NCBI RefSeq assembly: GCF_964213995.1
Contig: NC_135803.1
Coordinates: 121,086,001-121,150,000, forward strand
Direction of reading: 5' to 3'
Length of the DNA: 64,000 nucleotides
DNA from: Mustelus asterias
Lineage: Eukaryota
How positions within the stretch are numbered: the stretch's first letter is position 1; each line of letters begins with the position of its first letter. Position numbers and translations under genes: made by a program. The notes below the pieces were generated by a model. That model was given only the letters and a program-made list of their open reading frames with translations, was not told where the DNA came from and searched no databases. Shown here piece after piece: positions 46,993 through 60,135 of the stretch.

Positions 46993-48459
46993 CGCCGTCC
47001 CTCTTCTCTCACCTGCGAAGTCTCACCGCAGGGTACAAATCGCATTGTGTATGTGCTGTGTATGTCCTTGTGTATGAAGGGCTATAACAGGATGGCCCCC
47101 AGTTTTCAGTGCTGATTGCAAGCAATTATCCTTAATTAGCTATTCAATGACAAATTTGTGCAGCATTCTGATCATAGTGTGCTGTCTCCAGTCTGAAATG
47201 AGTGCTTATTAAAACTGGACTGTCGTTTTTTTGTTGGCTGTTTTGCTTTGGTGAAATGAAAAGGCTATTTGCTTTCACAGAACATAATGAATTCAATGCT
47301 AATTTTGGAGACTGAAAATGCCCTGTTGCTTTGGAAAATGTAATTTTATATTTCTCAAATCTTGCTGTTAATCCCCCAGTGATTGTACTTGTTTGTTTTT
47401 TTTTTCTAAGTTGACATTGCAGCAGCCAGCTAGGTTCAAGTTCCATGAAGTTGAGGTGGGCAAACGAAACCGAACATCGCAATTTTTGGCCTTTGGCTCC
47501 TTCTCTCCTACATCTGGATTGCAAAAAAAAACCTCAAACCCTAGCATAAAATTCTTGCAGCCTGATGCTGGCTTTCTTGCCTAAGACTGCATTCAATATG
47601 CACTAATTTAGAGTGGGACCCAACTGTGCGCTGGGGGAACTCCCTGTGTACCCTTTCCAAATAACAAAGTTTCCACGATTCACAGCCAATGAACGAATGA
47701 AGAAAGATATTTCTTCCAGTTATTTCGAAGTTAATCGCGGTAGAACATGGTGGATTCTAGAAATTCTGTGAAGCTTGCCTGAAATCTGAATTCCTGTCTC
47801 ATTAATGTGTTTTATCTAACGATGCCACAACCATAGCACATTAATTTTACAAAAATATATCAATAATATGTCTCTGGATGTTGTACATAACCTAAAATAT
47901 CTCTCGCATGGCCCATCAGGAAATATTTTGGTGATAATTTGTAAAAATGCTGTAGGGTTAAGATATTGCATCAGTAAAATATTATAGTAAGTATTTCCAA
48001 ATGTTGCCTGATCTTATCTTCATCCTTGCAGTGTCTTTTTTTCTGCAGCAAATTCCCATTATACTCCAAGTTTGTCAGTAAAACATTAATCAGTACTTTG
48101 AGATCTGAATTTATATAAATAAAACGTTTCGATATGCAACCAAGTAAAAATGAGATCTCACTGATAAGTCCATGTCGGAAATGTGTGTGCCTCTGAACAA
48201 TTATCATTTTCACAAAAAAAACCCAGAAAGAGCTTGAAAAACTCAGCAGGCCTGGCAGCATCTGTGGAGAGAGAAACAGAGTTAATGGGCAGGATTTTCC
48301 GGCCATCCCTGCCGGCAGGTACTTCCGATCATTCCCACCAGTGGAATCTTCTAGCCTCTTTGATGGCAAACCTCCCCCCCAACCCCCTCGTGACTGTGGT
48401 GAATCATAGAATGGATTCTTTCTGCTCCCGTGGAGCTGTCTTCTTGGTGGGATCTTGAG

Positions 48460-49870
48460 ACTCGTATGTTTAAACATGTTGAGACAGGTTGAGTGAGTGG
48501 GCAAATATATGACAGATGTAGCATAATATGGATAAATCTAAAGTTACCCACTTTGGACAGAGAAACAGAATGGTAGTGTATTGATTAACCGATGATAGAT
48601 TGGGAAGTGTCCTAGTACACCAGTTTATGAAAGCAAACAGGGAGGTACAGCAAACAGTTAGGGTGATAAATTAAATGTTGGCCTTCATTGCAAGAGAACT
48701 TGAGTACAGGAACAAGGATGTCTTACTGCAGCTGTACAGGGCCTTGGTGAGACCACACCTGGAGTTTTGTGTGCAGTTTTGGTCTCCTTATCTAAGGAAC
48801 ATATATATATTTATCATATTGATATATATATATCTATATCAATACATTTGCCATAGAGGGAATGCAGCAAAGGTTCACCAGACTGATTCCTGGGAGGGCA
48901 GTGTAGACGGGGTTTCCTCTTGAGGCTATGTGTAGCTACTAAATCTAATACAAAGACTCAAAATGAGTGTACTGATATTGAAGACATGACTTTATTCAAC
49001 CAAATGATCGAATGGGGAGAATGATATGAGGAAGCCCTGTACTCAAGGTATAGAATGCGAGCAGCCGGATATCTATCTGAAGAACAATGCCCCTGTGAAA
49101 GCAATTATACATTCCCAAAATTATATTGCCTACCTTTCCGGTGGGCATTATCCAGTAAACATTAATACAAATCAGTCAATAATCATCCTGTCATTAACTC
49201 CAGCCAATAACAATACACATCATGACCTAATGGGATTTCATTTGTTATTAAAATTATGAACGTTACCTCCCTTCTGTTGCCCAGCAATATGGGATGCTGG
49301 ACAGTGAAATGATTCCCACCGAATTGAACCCATGTGATTCTCGTTTGATTCTGAGAAATTCTTCATGTCAGCTCATCACTTGCGTTAGCTCTCGGAGTTG
49401 TATGACCCGATTCGTAAGGCTAGCATTGGTAGCCATCTTGTCCCCGACCACTGCTGATAGCATTACTGCTTTCAGTGAATCTATTGTTCCTGCCCTCTCT
49501 TTGTATTTTGTCACTGACTGAAGTTTCACAAAATGTAACCAAAAGCAAAACACATCCATCTTGTAAATTCAAAATACATGTTTTAAATGAGAAATATTTG
49601 TTAATTAAGCAGAGCTGTCTTCTATGGCAACAGCCTTGGCTGATTTACATTCCCATAATCCAAGATCATTCATTCTAACGTTAGTGTCGTGTTAGTGTTC
49701 CTAAATCTATGGTTATGTGTTTATTAACCTAATTCGCCCCCCTACATCAGGCAGGATCATCCTATGAGAAATGATTGGATCAAATGGGCCTGTATTCACT
49801 GGAATTTACAAGAATGAGAGAGGTTCTAATTGAAATATATAAAATTCTGACGGGGCTGGACAGACTGGGT
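48460..49870 (+). mobile_element. Decayed CR1 RT fragment split by a solo LTR
   Basis: MLAFIARELEYRNKDVLLQLYRALVRPHLEF before, GLYSLEFTRMRE after the LTR. Confidence 0.8.
48902..49749 (-). mobile_element. Solo LTR (848 bp)
   Basis: TG...CA termini, perfect 5-bp TSD ggcag at 48897-48901 and 49750-49754, minus-strand AATAAA at 48991-48996. Confidence 0.8.
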
Positions 49871-49946
49871 GTTCTTCCTATCACAATACAATTTTTACTT
49901 CCTATCCCTACTCCCACAAAATCAAACAATAACTCTGTGGTAGAGT

Positions 49947-50253
49947 ATCCCACCCAGGCCCTATCAGCCCCCCTCCCTCCCCCACCCCATCCCATCCCCA
50001 CAACCCCACACATTTACCGTGGCTAATCCACCTAATTTACACAACTTGGAACACTAAGTGGCAATTTAGCATGGCCAACTCACCTAACTTGCACATCTTT
50101 GGACTGTGGGACGAAACCAGAGCACCTGAAGGAAGCCCATGCAGCCACAGGGAGAATGCTCAAACTCCACACAGACAGTCACCCGAGGCTGGAATTGAAC
50201 CCAGGTCCCTCGAGCTGTGAGGCAGCGGTGCTAACTACTGTGCCACCAAGCCG
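49947..50253 (-). mobile_element. HE1-type V-SINE
   Basis: Reverse V core and tRNA-like head. Confidence 0.82.
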
Positions 50254-50409
50254 ATTATGATGTTATAATTCATCTCACGGAATTATTTTTACTCTACAAA
50301 ACACATAAACCAAAATATGTTATGTGGTGCTGGTTAAATGTCAAAGCCATGTGACCAAATGTCACATGATTAAATCTTAAGGAATGTGTCCAACCAGAGT
50401 TTGCAGTGA

Positions 50410-50775
50410 TCTTATTGAAACATGTAAGATCATGAGGGAACTTGATGGGGTGGGGGATGTTTCCCCTTATGGGGAACACAGTTTAAAAATTAGGGGCCTC
50501 CCATTTACTGACTGAGGTAATAAGCAGTTTTATTTTTCTCTGAGAAGTTTGTTTGCCTGTGGAATTCTTTTCTCCAGAGACAGTGGATGCTGGGTCTTTT
50601 GAATATACTCAAGGCACAGTTCGACTGATTTCTGATCCACAAGGGCACCAAGGGTTATGGGAAGTGGGCAGAGGGGAAAGTGGAGTTGAGACCACAAACA
50701 AATTAGCCTTGATCTTATTGAGTGGCAGAGCAACTTTGAGAGGCCGAATGGCCTACTCCTGCTCCTAATTCTTGT
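50410..50775 (+). mobile_element. CR1 3' fragment, old
   Basis: gatcttattgaaacatgtaagatcatgaggg...ggccgaatggcctactcctgctcct. Confidence 0.7.
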
Positions 50776-51269
50776 GTTGTGTAATCCTACAAACAGGTGT
50801 TGGTGGGAAGCCAATGACGAACCCCCAGTGACTCCTCAGTTGAAATTCATCCCATTTTCTTTTTTACAGGATGAGAGCAAAATAAGGTCTGGTGAGCTTA
50901 TTGTAATTGGAGCGATGTCGGGCCTGGCTATTAGTTCAAAACCTTCCAAATAATTGGACTCAGTCCTCTTGCTGAACAGTCCACAGCTGTCACGACTGTG
51001 AATATTGGAAGCAGTTTTCTCTGCATGCCAAGGGAGGACCTTGTCTGCACATGTGCGGAGCCAGGTTTCCAAGAATTTTACCCTTCTTAAAGTCAGACAT
51101 TGAAAGCTTGAATTTAAAAACTCACATGTTGGAAGTTTACTGCCTCGCCCACCCCAGAATCAGGGCGGACGAGGTTCACGGAACAGAATTCTCCGTTGTC
51201 CTCGGGTGGGATTTCACGAGCCTCTCCCGAGTGAGGCTGTAAAATAGGGCCAACAGTGTAGAACCTCAG

Positions 51270-51562
51270 CCTAAAACTGTCCTGCTGGTGGAAGGATCAG
51301 GAACAAGAGGGCGCAAATTTAAGATAATTGGCACAAAGAAGCACTGATGGCATGAGGAAAATCTTTTTCACGCAGTGAGTTATAAGGATCCAGAATGCGC
51401 TGCCTGAGAGTGTGGTGGAGGAAGGCTCAATCAAGGCAGTCAAGAGGGAATTGGATTATTATCTGAAAAGGAAGAATGTGCAGGGCTAGAGGGAGCAGGT
51501 GAGGGAACGGTACTTGGTGAGCTGCTTCTTCATAGAGCTAGCACAGACATGATGAGCCGAAG
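51270..51562 (+). mobile_element. CR1 3' fragment, old
   Basis: tttttcacgcagtgagttataaggatccagaatgcgctgcctgagagtgtggtggagg. Confidence 0.65.
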
Positions 51563-51930
51563 ATGCATCTGTGATTTCCTGTTTGACAGTTGCAGAGCAG
51601 GAAATTGCAGAGATTAGTGGTATGTTGACATGAGTAACTGTCAGATATAGAGAAGATGTGACCCAGTAAAAGAATTAAATGTCAACGGCCTGCATGTTGT
51701 ACAACACTCAGTCACATTGACTTGATTTCAGCAGCATGTGAAAGATAACTATCTGTATTATGCTAAGTTGCAACATTCTTACATTGCCAGTACTAAATCA
51801 TACCTTTTCTCTCTGCCAGCAGAGTTTTGGATGAGCTCAAGTCTATGTAAGGTGGAAGATGGGAGGTCAGGAGAGCAGTGAAATAGTCAAGGTGTCCATC
51901 TCAGCTGAACTGGCAGGGATGGATTTAGGC

Positions 51931-52240
51931 ATCGGTGGCGCATTGCTGCCTCACAGCGCCAGGGACCCAGGTTCAATCCCGGCCTCGGGTCACTGTGTGG
52001 AGTTTGCACTTTCTCCCCGTGTCTGCATGGGTTTCCTCCGGGTGCTCCGCTTTCCTGGCACACTCCAAAGGTATGCGGGTTAGGTTCATTGGCCATGCTA
52101 AATTGACCCTAGTGTCAGAGGGATTAGTAGTGTAAATGTGTGGGGTTAGAGGAATAGGGCCTGGGTGGGATGTGGCCGGTACAGACTCGATGGTCCGAAT
52201 AGTCTCCTTCTGTACTGTAGGGATTCTATGGATTCTATGA
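51931..52240 (+). mobile_element. HE1-type V-SINE
   Basis: B box ggttcaatccc, V core, (ggattctat)2 tail. Confidence 0.88.
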
Positions 52241-53254
52241 TTGCTGTGGTGAAATGGACAAGTCACAATGATGCAGCACATTGGTGGCCAGGAACGCAAC
52301 TCAAGGTCAAATGTGACACCGAGGTTGCAGACTATCTGCTTCAACCTCAGACAGTTGCCATGGAAAGAGACAGAATCTGTGACATGGGGACAGCGTTTGT
52401 GGTGGGGAGCAATGACCAGGAGAGGAAATTTATCCCAAAAATCAATGGACATTTTACCGAGTTGCCAAATTTTGCATCCCTCCCATGACGGTGAACGGAA
52501 ATTTCCAGCCAATGATTGTGGTTGTCAGGTGGGTATTAGTAGTCAGTGGAACACATGGCTGAAAATTCTTCAAGAGGAGTTGATTCCTTCCGAGAGCGCA
52601 CAATCTAATGGCTACCTTGAACTAGCTCAGATACACACTTCAGACAGGTAGTTCGTTTTCAGCCAGTGACTCACAAGTGAGCATAAGCAAACTGGTGACA
52701 GGGACAGGAGTTGAGATTCCACCTTGGAGAGAACAGGCTTCTTCAAACTCTGCTCAGCCAAACACCTACTGTGCCCGGGTGCCATCAATGAAATTGATGA
52801 TCATTGAAGGTGAGCAGAAAATCTGCAACACAGTAGGCAGCCTTTCATGCTCACTGTCCATGATTGCAGAGAGGATGGAGGAGGTTAGCTCAGGCATCAA
52901 TGGCTTGATGTCACAGGCCGACACTGCTGGTCTGACGACATCCACGCTGGATGATCAATGATTTCCTTCAAATGAACACTGGGAAGACTAAAGTCATTGT
53001 CCTCTTTCTCTGGCACAGACCTGCTTCCCTAGTCTCACTGGCAAGTTGTAGCAGTGATTAACTGAACCTTACAGTCTTTAAAGGAATCTCCAACATGCCA
53101 GGCAGTAACGTGAACAGCGATACTGCAGTAAGGGCATCATCTTCACCCTCCACCTTTATCTTGTCCCCTCCTCCGCTTGACTGAAAATCTCTGCAGATGA
53201 TGCATGCTCAGTGCTTCGTTCCATTCTTCAGTGTTGACCCATGTTGGATAGAAT

Positions 53255-53520
53255 CTAGCATGCACACCACAAATATCCTGGACACCCTTGTTGGTGAATA
53301 GTGTAGTGTACCTCCAGATTAGAGCATGCAGCTGAAATATATCTTGAACATATCAATTGCTTGCTCATTGGCACTTTCAATGCTGATCTAGGTGTCATTT
53401 TATCACTCTTGGGTTTCGTTGGTGGGTCTCAAGATGTCAACAGCTAAGTTTGAAGGTCTTATTCTTTGTCTCCTAGCAGCTATCCCTCAGCTTCAGGGAG
53501 GTTGGGGAGCTTGGAGAGCT
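53255..53520 (-). pseudogene. Harbinger/PIF transposase remnant (HARBI1-like C-terminus)
   Basis: G*LLGDK...EQAIDMFKIYFSC...SGGTLHYSPTRVSRIFVVC parallels the family motifs WLLGD, IE..IG.LK.RFRCL, SGG.LQY.P. Confidence 0.7.
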
Positions 53521-53566
53521 TCAGCATGAAAACCTGCTGGAATCTGACTCACAGCTGCATATATTA

Positions 53567-54148
53567 GTCATAAAATCATAGAATCATAGAATCCATACAG
53601 TGCAGAAGGAGGCCGGTCAGCCCATCGAACTTGCACTGACAACTGTCCCACCCAGGTCCTATCCCCATAATCCCACATATTTACCCTGCTAGTTCCCCCT
53701 GACACTAAGGAGCAATATAGCATGGCCAATCAACCTAACCCGCACATCTTTGGAACATGGGATGAAACCCGGAGGAAACCAACACATATATGGGGAGAAA
53801 TTCCACACAGGTCACTGTGACCTGAGGCTGGAATTATAGAATCCTACAGTAGAGAAGGAGGCCATTCGGCCCATTGAGACTGCACTGACCACAATTCCAC
53901 CCAGGCCCTATCCCCATAACCCCATGCATTTACCCTATCTAGACTGCCTGACACTCAGGGGCAATTTTAGCATGGCCAATCAACCTAACCCACACATCTT
54001 TGGACTGTGGGAGGAAACCGGAGCACCCGAAGGAAACCCACGCAGACACTGGGAGAACGTGCAGACTCCATACAGACAGTGACCCAAACTGGGAATCGAA
54101 CCCGGGTCCCTGGTGCTGTGAGACAGCAGTGCCAGCCACAGTGCCACA
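53567..54148 (-). mobile_element. Two tandem HE1-type V-SINEs (53567-53835 truncated, 53836-54148 full)
   Basis: Two tails and two V cores in direct orientation. Confidence 0.88.
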
Positions 54149-54448
54149 CTTGTTTCTGAACCAACTGAACATCGATGGAGTTGAAGCTTTGGCATTCGAC
54201 AAATACTCCCGTTTGATTCTGGGAGTGTGACCATTCCCACATGTGTTCAGTATTTAAAATCCTGCACCTTTTGGAAACCAATCGGAGACGCAAAGCTGGG
54301 CATCCATGTCCCATCTAGAAACAGCCTGGGTGAAATTGACAGAATTGGTGGCCCTGGAAAACAACCCATCAGTGATGTGTCTTGTGTACAGGTTAGATTT
54401 GTTATGTCTCTGATAGCACCTTGAAAGGATCTAGAGGCGAGGTCTCAG

Positions 54449-55150
54449 TTATGGCTCAGTTGGTAGCACTAAGGTTCTGGGTTCAAGTTCCACATCCACA
54501 GCTTGCTCAAACAAATCAAGATTGACACTACAGTGCAGCACTGAGGGAGTGCTGCATTGTTGGAGGTGCCCTCTTTTAGATTCAAGTTCCATCTGCCTGC
54601 TTGGGTAGATGTAAAAGATTCCATGATACTCTTTTGAAGAAAAGCTTACCCCTGGTGTTCTGGCCAATATTTATCCCTCAATCAACATCACAAAAAAAAC
54701 GGATTAACTGGTCATTATCACATTGCTGTTTGTAGGAGTTTGATGTATGCATATTGGTTCTGGGGTTTCCCACATTACAACAATGATTACACTTCAGGAA
54801 TACAGTGATTCTAAAACGCTTTGAGATTTTCTCATAGAGTCATAGAATTATACAGCACAGTAAGAGGCCCTTCAACCCATCATATCTGTGTCAGCCATCA
54901 AGCATCTATCTATTCTGATCTCATTATCCAGCACTTGGTCTGTAGACTTGTCTGTAATGCATTTCAAGTGCTCAGTTAAATGTTTCTTAAATGTTGTGAG
55001 GGTGCCCGCCTCTACCACCCTTTCAGACAGTGAGTTCCAGATTCCCACCACCCTCTGGGTGAAAAAGGTTTTCCTCAGATCCCCTGCTGCCCCTTACCTT
55101 AAATCTGTGGTTGTGAAAAACACTATATAAATGCAAGTCCTTTTTTTTCC
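54449..55150 (+). mobile_element. DeuSINE-like element interrupted by an inverted CR1 3' fragment (54833-55106)
   Basis: Head tggctcagttggtagc and ggttcaag; gtgctgcattgttggaggtgcc, gtaaaagattccatg, ggccaatatttatccctcaa; tail ctatataaatgcaagtc. Confidence 0.7.
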
Positions 55151-55734
55151 CTTTCAAAATGTTGAGGCCGGGAACGCTTTCACAGCCACTGGTTACCTCT
55201 GGCCACCAGACCCTGCAGAGACCAAGCCTTCTGAGAGGCTGAGGATGTTTATCATGACCTGACGTGATAACCTTAGCTTTCAGAAGCATTCCTGTTCTGA
55301 AACATCAGGAAGCTGAGTAGTTTTGTACGTGGTACTTCCTGCAACCCCTCTATATCTTCCCTTTCTGCTGACTACCTGCGGGTCTCTGCACAGCTGTTTA
55401 TTTCCTAAGGCAGCTTCTTTCTCAACACAAGCATTCTCAACAAACTCCTTCCTAGTGAGAGGCAAGAAAGTAGCAGTGAGTACAGCATTTATTGATGACG
55501 TCTCTATTTGTGACTTTTAATTAACCCCACAAAGTGCCATACAGTCTTCTCACCTCCCTTTCACTGGCAAATTCCAGGTAGCCCAGGAAACCAATGAATG
55601 GGATATTACATTTAAATGTTGGTCCAAATCATGTTAAAGATATTTAGATATTATCAATATTAAATATATCGTTCATCAGTCTCCCTGGGGGGAGGGGGGG
55701 TGGTCTTGGTTATGTGCACACAATCAAATGCATG

Positions 55735-55990
55735 TAGGGGGCAAGATTTAAAGGAGATGTACGAGGCAAGTTTTTTACACAGAGGGGGGCGGGTGCCTGG
55801 AACTCGTTGCCAGGGGAGGTCGTGGAAGCAGATACGATAGTGACTTTTAAGGGGCGTCTTGACAATAGAGGGATTCGGTCCCCGGAAGGGTAGGGGGTTT
55901 TAGTTCAGTTGGGCAGCATGTTCGGTGCAGGCTTGGAGGCTGAAGGGCCCATTCCTGTGATGTAAATTTCTTTGTTCTTTGTTTGTTCTT
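55735..55990 (+). mobile_element. CR1 3' fragment
   Basis: tttttacacagaggg...gaagggccc...(ttctttg)n tail. Confidence 0.8.
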
Positions 55991-56821
55991 TTAAACCTAA
56001 TGCCTTTTAAAATGCTAACAATGAATTTAGCATCCAATTAATGTATTGGACTTAAACAAGAAGGTGTTATTTTGCAGTTTATTGTGTGTAATCATATTAT
56101 AATATATATCTATTTTTCAATTAACACTGGAAAGCAATGGGCTTGCTTAAGTGCATGTTATTTAACAGTTAATTGATCCCATGCCAATTCCAAACCAAAA
56201 CAGTGAGATGTACCAAGGAAACACTTTCTTGGTATCTCTTTCTTCAAGGAATATTACAAAGTACGAAAGGTATTTGGAAATCTGACAAGGAACACATTAA
56301 TACATTGAGTTCACCATGCCTCAGTAATGAAAATTACTTTGTTGTAGCAACACTGGTTTTAAAAATGTGAACTTAATTAATTGTTTCATTACTTCATTGT
56401 GTTTCCTGACAAAGAGCAGATTTGTATACTTCTGTTTTCCACAGCTTTTCAATTTTACACAGTTGGAGGCACCCCATATAGAATAAACAGTGTGAGTTTT
56501 AAATGTATGTATTTCAGAGACAGCCCATTTTGGAAAACAAAGATACAAGTAACAGTCCAGCTTTAAGCAATTCACTGTAACATCTGAACATTTAAAAAAG
56601 AACTTCTCTCAATTTTGTTGCTTCATCTTTCTTCTCCTGAAGGTTGTGACGTGTTGGGGTATCACTCAATAGACAACAAAAGCCCAGAAATATAATATCC
56701 AACTAGTTATTTTTCATCTCTGAGCTGGACACTGAATGTCGGTCAGATTTTTAACCATGAGAGCTACCAGTTGAGCCTAAGCTGGTCATCATCAGGCTTT
56801 TGCCAGTTAGTCCAAGTTATG

Positions 56822-56983
56822 CAATACAATCCCTACAGTGCAGAAAAAGGTCATTCGGCCCATCGAGTCTGCACCGACCACAATCCCACACAGGCCCTAT
56901 TCCTGTAACCCCACATATTTACTCTGCTAATCCCCCTGACACTAGGGTCAATTCAGCACGGCCAATCTACCTAACCCACACAT
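56822..56983 (-). mobile_element. HE1 3' fragment
   Basis: ccctacagtgcag...cattcggcccatcgagtctgcacc. Confidence 0.8.
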
Positions 56984-56999
56984 CATTTTATCATCTGTA

Positions 57000-57830
57000 T
57001 ATACCACTGGATGTATTTCTCTTTCATCTTGTTGAGGTGTGTTAGATCAACTCCAATATGGATGGAACCGTTTGACTTTGGGACTGATACCATACTGGAG
57101 CAACCCCTGGTTGTGTTAATGACTGAGGAAATGACTCTTTGATAGAGCATTGCCTCAATCTTACTTCTAACTCTTTGCAGAAGTGGGTATGGAACCTCCC
57201 TTAACGTGAATAGACAAGGGGTTTAGCATCTACCTCGAGTATAATGAGATACGCAGTCCTCATTTTACCCAACCCTGTAAAAAGTGTGGCGAATTCTCTC
57301 CTAAATTCATTATTGTGAGTTTTTGTGATCTCACCAACTTTTAGCAGCAGATTCAAAGCTACGTAGGCTTTTCTGCTCAACAAAAAAATCCTTTATTAAT
57401 AATATACAGCATTTCAAAAATTTCATCATTGTCTCCTCTAGCAGGCCTTAAATATTTAACTTGAGTTAAGTAGAGAATAGAGTTAAATAGGTGACAGTTG
57501 TAGTGGCACTTCATTCAGCCAGATAACTCTAACACACTAGCTCCTGTGTCTAGCTTTAATTCAGTCAGATGCCCAATTCCATCAATGTCAGCACTACGAT
57601 AATGTTTGTGTTTTCTGTTATTTCTTCTAGGAATGGGCTTTGCTAGTTGTCGTGCCTTGTATTTCTTGAATGAAGGTTAATTTAACAGATTTCTCCTTCT
57701 GTCTTGTAAAGACATATTTCCTGGAATGGCAGACCACTTTTAAAATGTCCTAACTTGCCATATCTATGGCACTGTGTAATATGAATGGAGCATTCTTCTC
57801 ACCAGTAGATCGCAATGGCTCATGTCTCCC
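57000..57830 (-). mobile_element. Decayed Gypsy gag-pro-RT fragment
   Basis: GKLGHF zinc-knuckle remnant, protease KLDTGASV near 57540, LFTGLG, VPKSNGSIHIGVDLT. Confidence 0.72.
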
Positions 57831-57897
57831 AAATAAGAATCACGATCAAGTTAGTGCTTTGCTGTAGACTGTGTTGGAAGCAGAGTAGATGATGTCA

Positions 57898-58725
57898 GGC
57901 GGCACGATAGCACAGTAGTTAGCCTGCTGCAGTGCAGCGCCAGTGACCTGATTCAATTCTAGCCTTGGGTGGCAATCTGTGTGGAGTTTGCATTTTAATT
58001 TGATTTGAAACACGCCCAAAAGACAGATCTGAAACTCTCCCAGTTTCAAGCCCGCCCAGCACTTAGAAAAAAAAGGTAAAATCGCCCGAGAGAATCTATT
58101 AAGGCAAGGGCCTCGCAAATATTCCTTTTAACACATAATGGCCAGGACGTTAGCAGTCCTGAAGACCAAGTCAAATTCCAGACACTGGATAAAGATTCTT
58201 CGTTGAACACCTTGTGGAGAGGTAAGGTCACATGACCTAAGAACAAGTCCAAAGCTGTGCACATTAGGTGGATTGACCATGCTGAATTACCCCTTGGTGT
58301 CCCAAGATGTGTAGGTTAGATGGATTAGCCATCTAAATGGCTAATGGGAAATGTGTGGAGTCACAGCGATAGGTGTGGTGAACCACTGTTACTACATGTA
58401 TCTGCCTGGACACACCCATGCTGCACCTGGCCTGAGACTCCTCCCTTTCCACCTGAGACCCCTCCCTTTCCACCCAGAGTGGGGTATAAAGGTGATGGTC
58501 CCTCCTCCTTGCCTCAGTCTAGACCAGGTCAGCTGCAAGGGTGTGCTCCTGTTCTCTGTGAATAAAAGCCTATTAGTTTCCCTCACTCTCAGAAGTCTTT
58601 GCATCGTAATTGATAGTGCATCAGTAGGGGAGAGGGCCTAGGTAGGGTGTTCTGTCCGAGTGTTGGTGCAGACTTGATAGGCCGAATGTCCTCTTCTGTA
58701 CTGTAGGGAATCTATGATTCTATGA
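57898..58725 (+). mobile_element. V-SINE pieces separated by nested insertions
   Basis: Head 57898-57993, body 58253-58373, tail 58624-58725. Confidence 0.65.
58374..58623 (+). mobile_element. Solo LTR (250 bp)
   Basis: TG...CA termini, flanks atagg/gtagg, TATAAA near 58485, AATAAA at 58561. Confidence 0.82.
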
Positions 58726-59064
58726 AGGCTCTAGCTTGTTGAACAGGTTAGTGTTGCCTTCTTGAGCTGCACGCTTCAATCTGCTGCTTTAACATCCAAC
58801 TGGCAGGCCACACAGCAGCCTGGACAACTGACCCCATCTACTCAGCATCTGCTGAAAATTCTGTACCATCACCTATAAACTGATCATCTCTGCCTGCCTA
58901 TTTCATCTTCTGAAGTCGACACCACCAGAAAAGTGAATCTAACACCACTAGCTTTCAGACCACCGACCTCTGTGTAGGAAGTCCTCATCAGATCTTATTT
59001 CTAGACTTAACATGAACCAATATTTATTTTTGCTGTGGTCTCTGTAAAACCTTCCTTTCTCTAT

Positions 59065-59590
59065 CCTGTTATAGGAAAGATATTGATAAACTGGAAAGAG
59101 TGCAAAGAAGATTTACGAGGATGTTGCCAGGACTAGTGGACCTGAATTATAGGGAGCAGTTGACCACATTAGAGCTTTATTCCTTGGAACATAGGAGAAT
59201 GAGGGGTGACCTTATTAAGGTGTATAAAATCATGAGGAGCATAGATAGGATGAACACACATAATCTTTTTCCCAGGGTAGGGGAATTGAAAACTAGAGGG
59301 CATAGGTTTAAGGTGAGAGGGGAAAGATTTAAAAGGGACCTGAGGGGCAACTTCTTCACGCGGAGGGTGGTGCGTATATGGAATGAGCTGCCAGAGAAAG
59401 TGGTTGAGGCAGGTTCAATAGCAACATTTAAAAAGCATTTGGATAAGTACATGGATGGGAAAGGATTAGAGAGATATGGGCCAAACGCAGGCAATTGGGA
59501 CTAGCTGGGAGGGCACCATGGTCGGCATGGATCGGTTGAGCCGAAGGGCCTGTTTCCATGCTCTATTGCTCCATGACTCTATGACTCTAT
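59065..59590 (+). mobile_element. CR1 3' fragment with open ORF2 C-terminus
   Basis: QRRFTRMLPG...RRMRGDL...FFTRRVVRIWN; (atgactct)n tail. Confidence 0.9.
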
Positions 59591-60135
59591 CCATCTTTTT
59601 ACTGTATGTATCCCCACGCTTTGAATCATTTTGCACAAGATAACGTCCAACTGCCCAGTATACCTGAAGTTTCCTGGTATAAGACCGCAGCTTTGTTTGG
59701 TAGACTGGGCCATCAGAGTCGACACTTGAGAGCTCTGCACCAAAGCAAGTATACAAACCCACCCTCAGGAGTGCTCGTATTCTCATTTCTGCATATTTGT
59801 GACAGCTGATTCACCAAGTGAAAATCTTCCTCTAACCTATCCTTTGAAGTGTGTGTGGTGTTAGTCACTGACTTGCTGCAAGCTAGAGTTGGATTGATTA
59901 ATGTATCTTCAGGAAGACTGACCCTCAAATGGCAGAGGTGTCCACTTGAGATGAATCAGAAGGGTAAGGGTTAACTTGCAGTGTGGAAGAAGAGTAGAGA
60001 GGTAATTGGCTGCTGTTAGGCTATGACCAAAATGAGAGGCATGATGTGGAGATGCCGGCGTTGGACTGGGGTAAACACAGTAAGGAGTCTAACAACATCA
60101 GGTTAAAGTCCAACAGGTTTATTTGGTAGCAAACG

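Noticed and set aside
50836-51072. 78-aa ORF; likewise 30452-30776, 47144-47584 and 7441-7847
   Set aside because: No recognisable domain or convincing pair of splice sites; lengths are compatible with chance.
51973-52512. 179-aa ORF and other ORFs containing DCGRKPEH or MAQWLALLPH
   Set aside because: These are translations of HE1 SINE sequence that recur in many copies.
55023-55520. Possible minus-strand exon with a donor near 55098
   Set aside because: The donor lies inside a CR1 fragment, the frames are discontinuous and the peptide is unrecognised.
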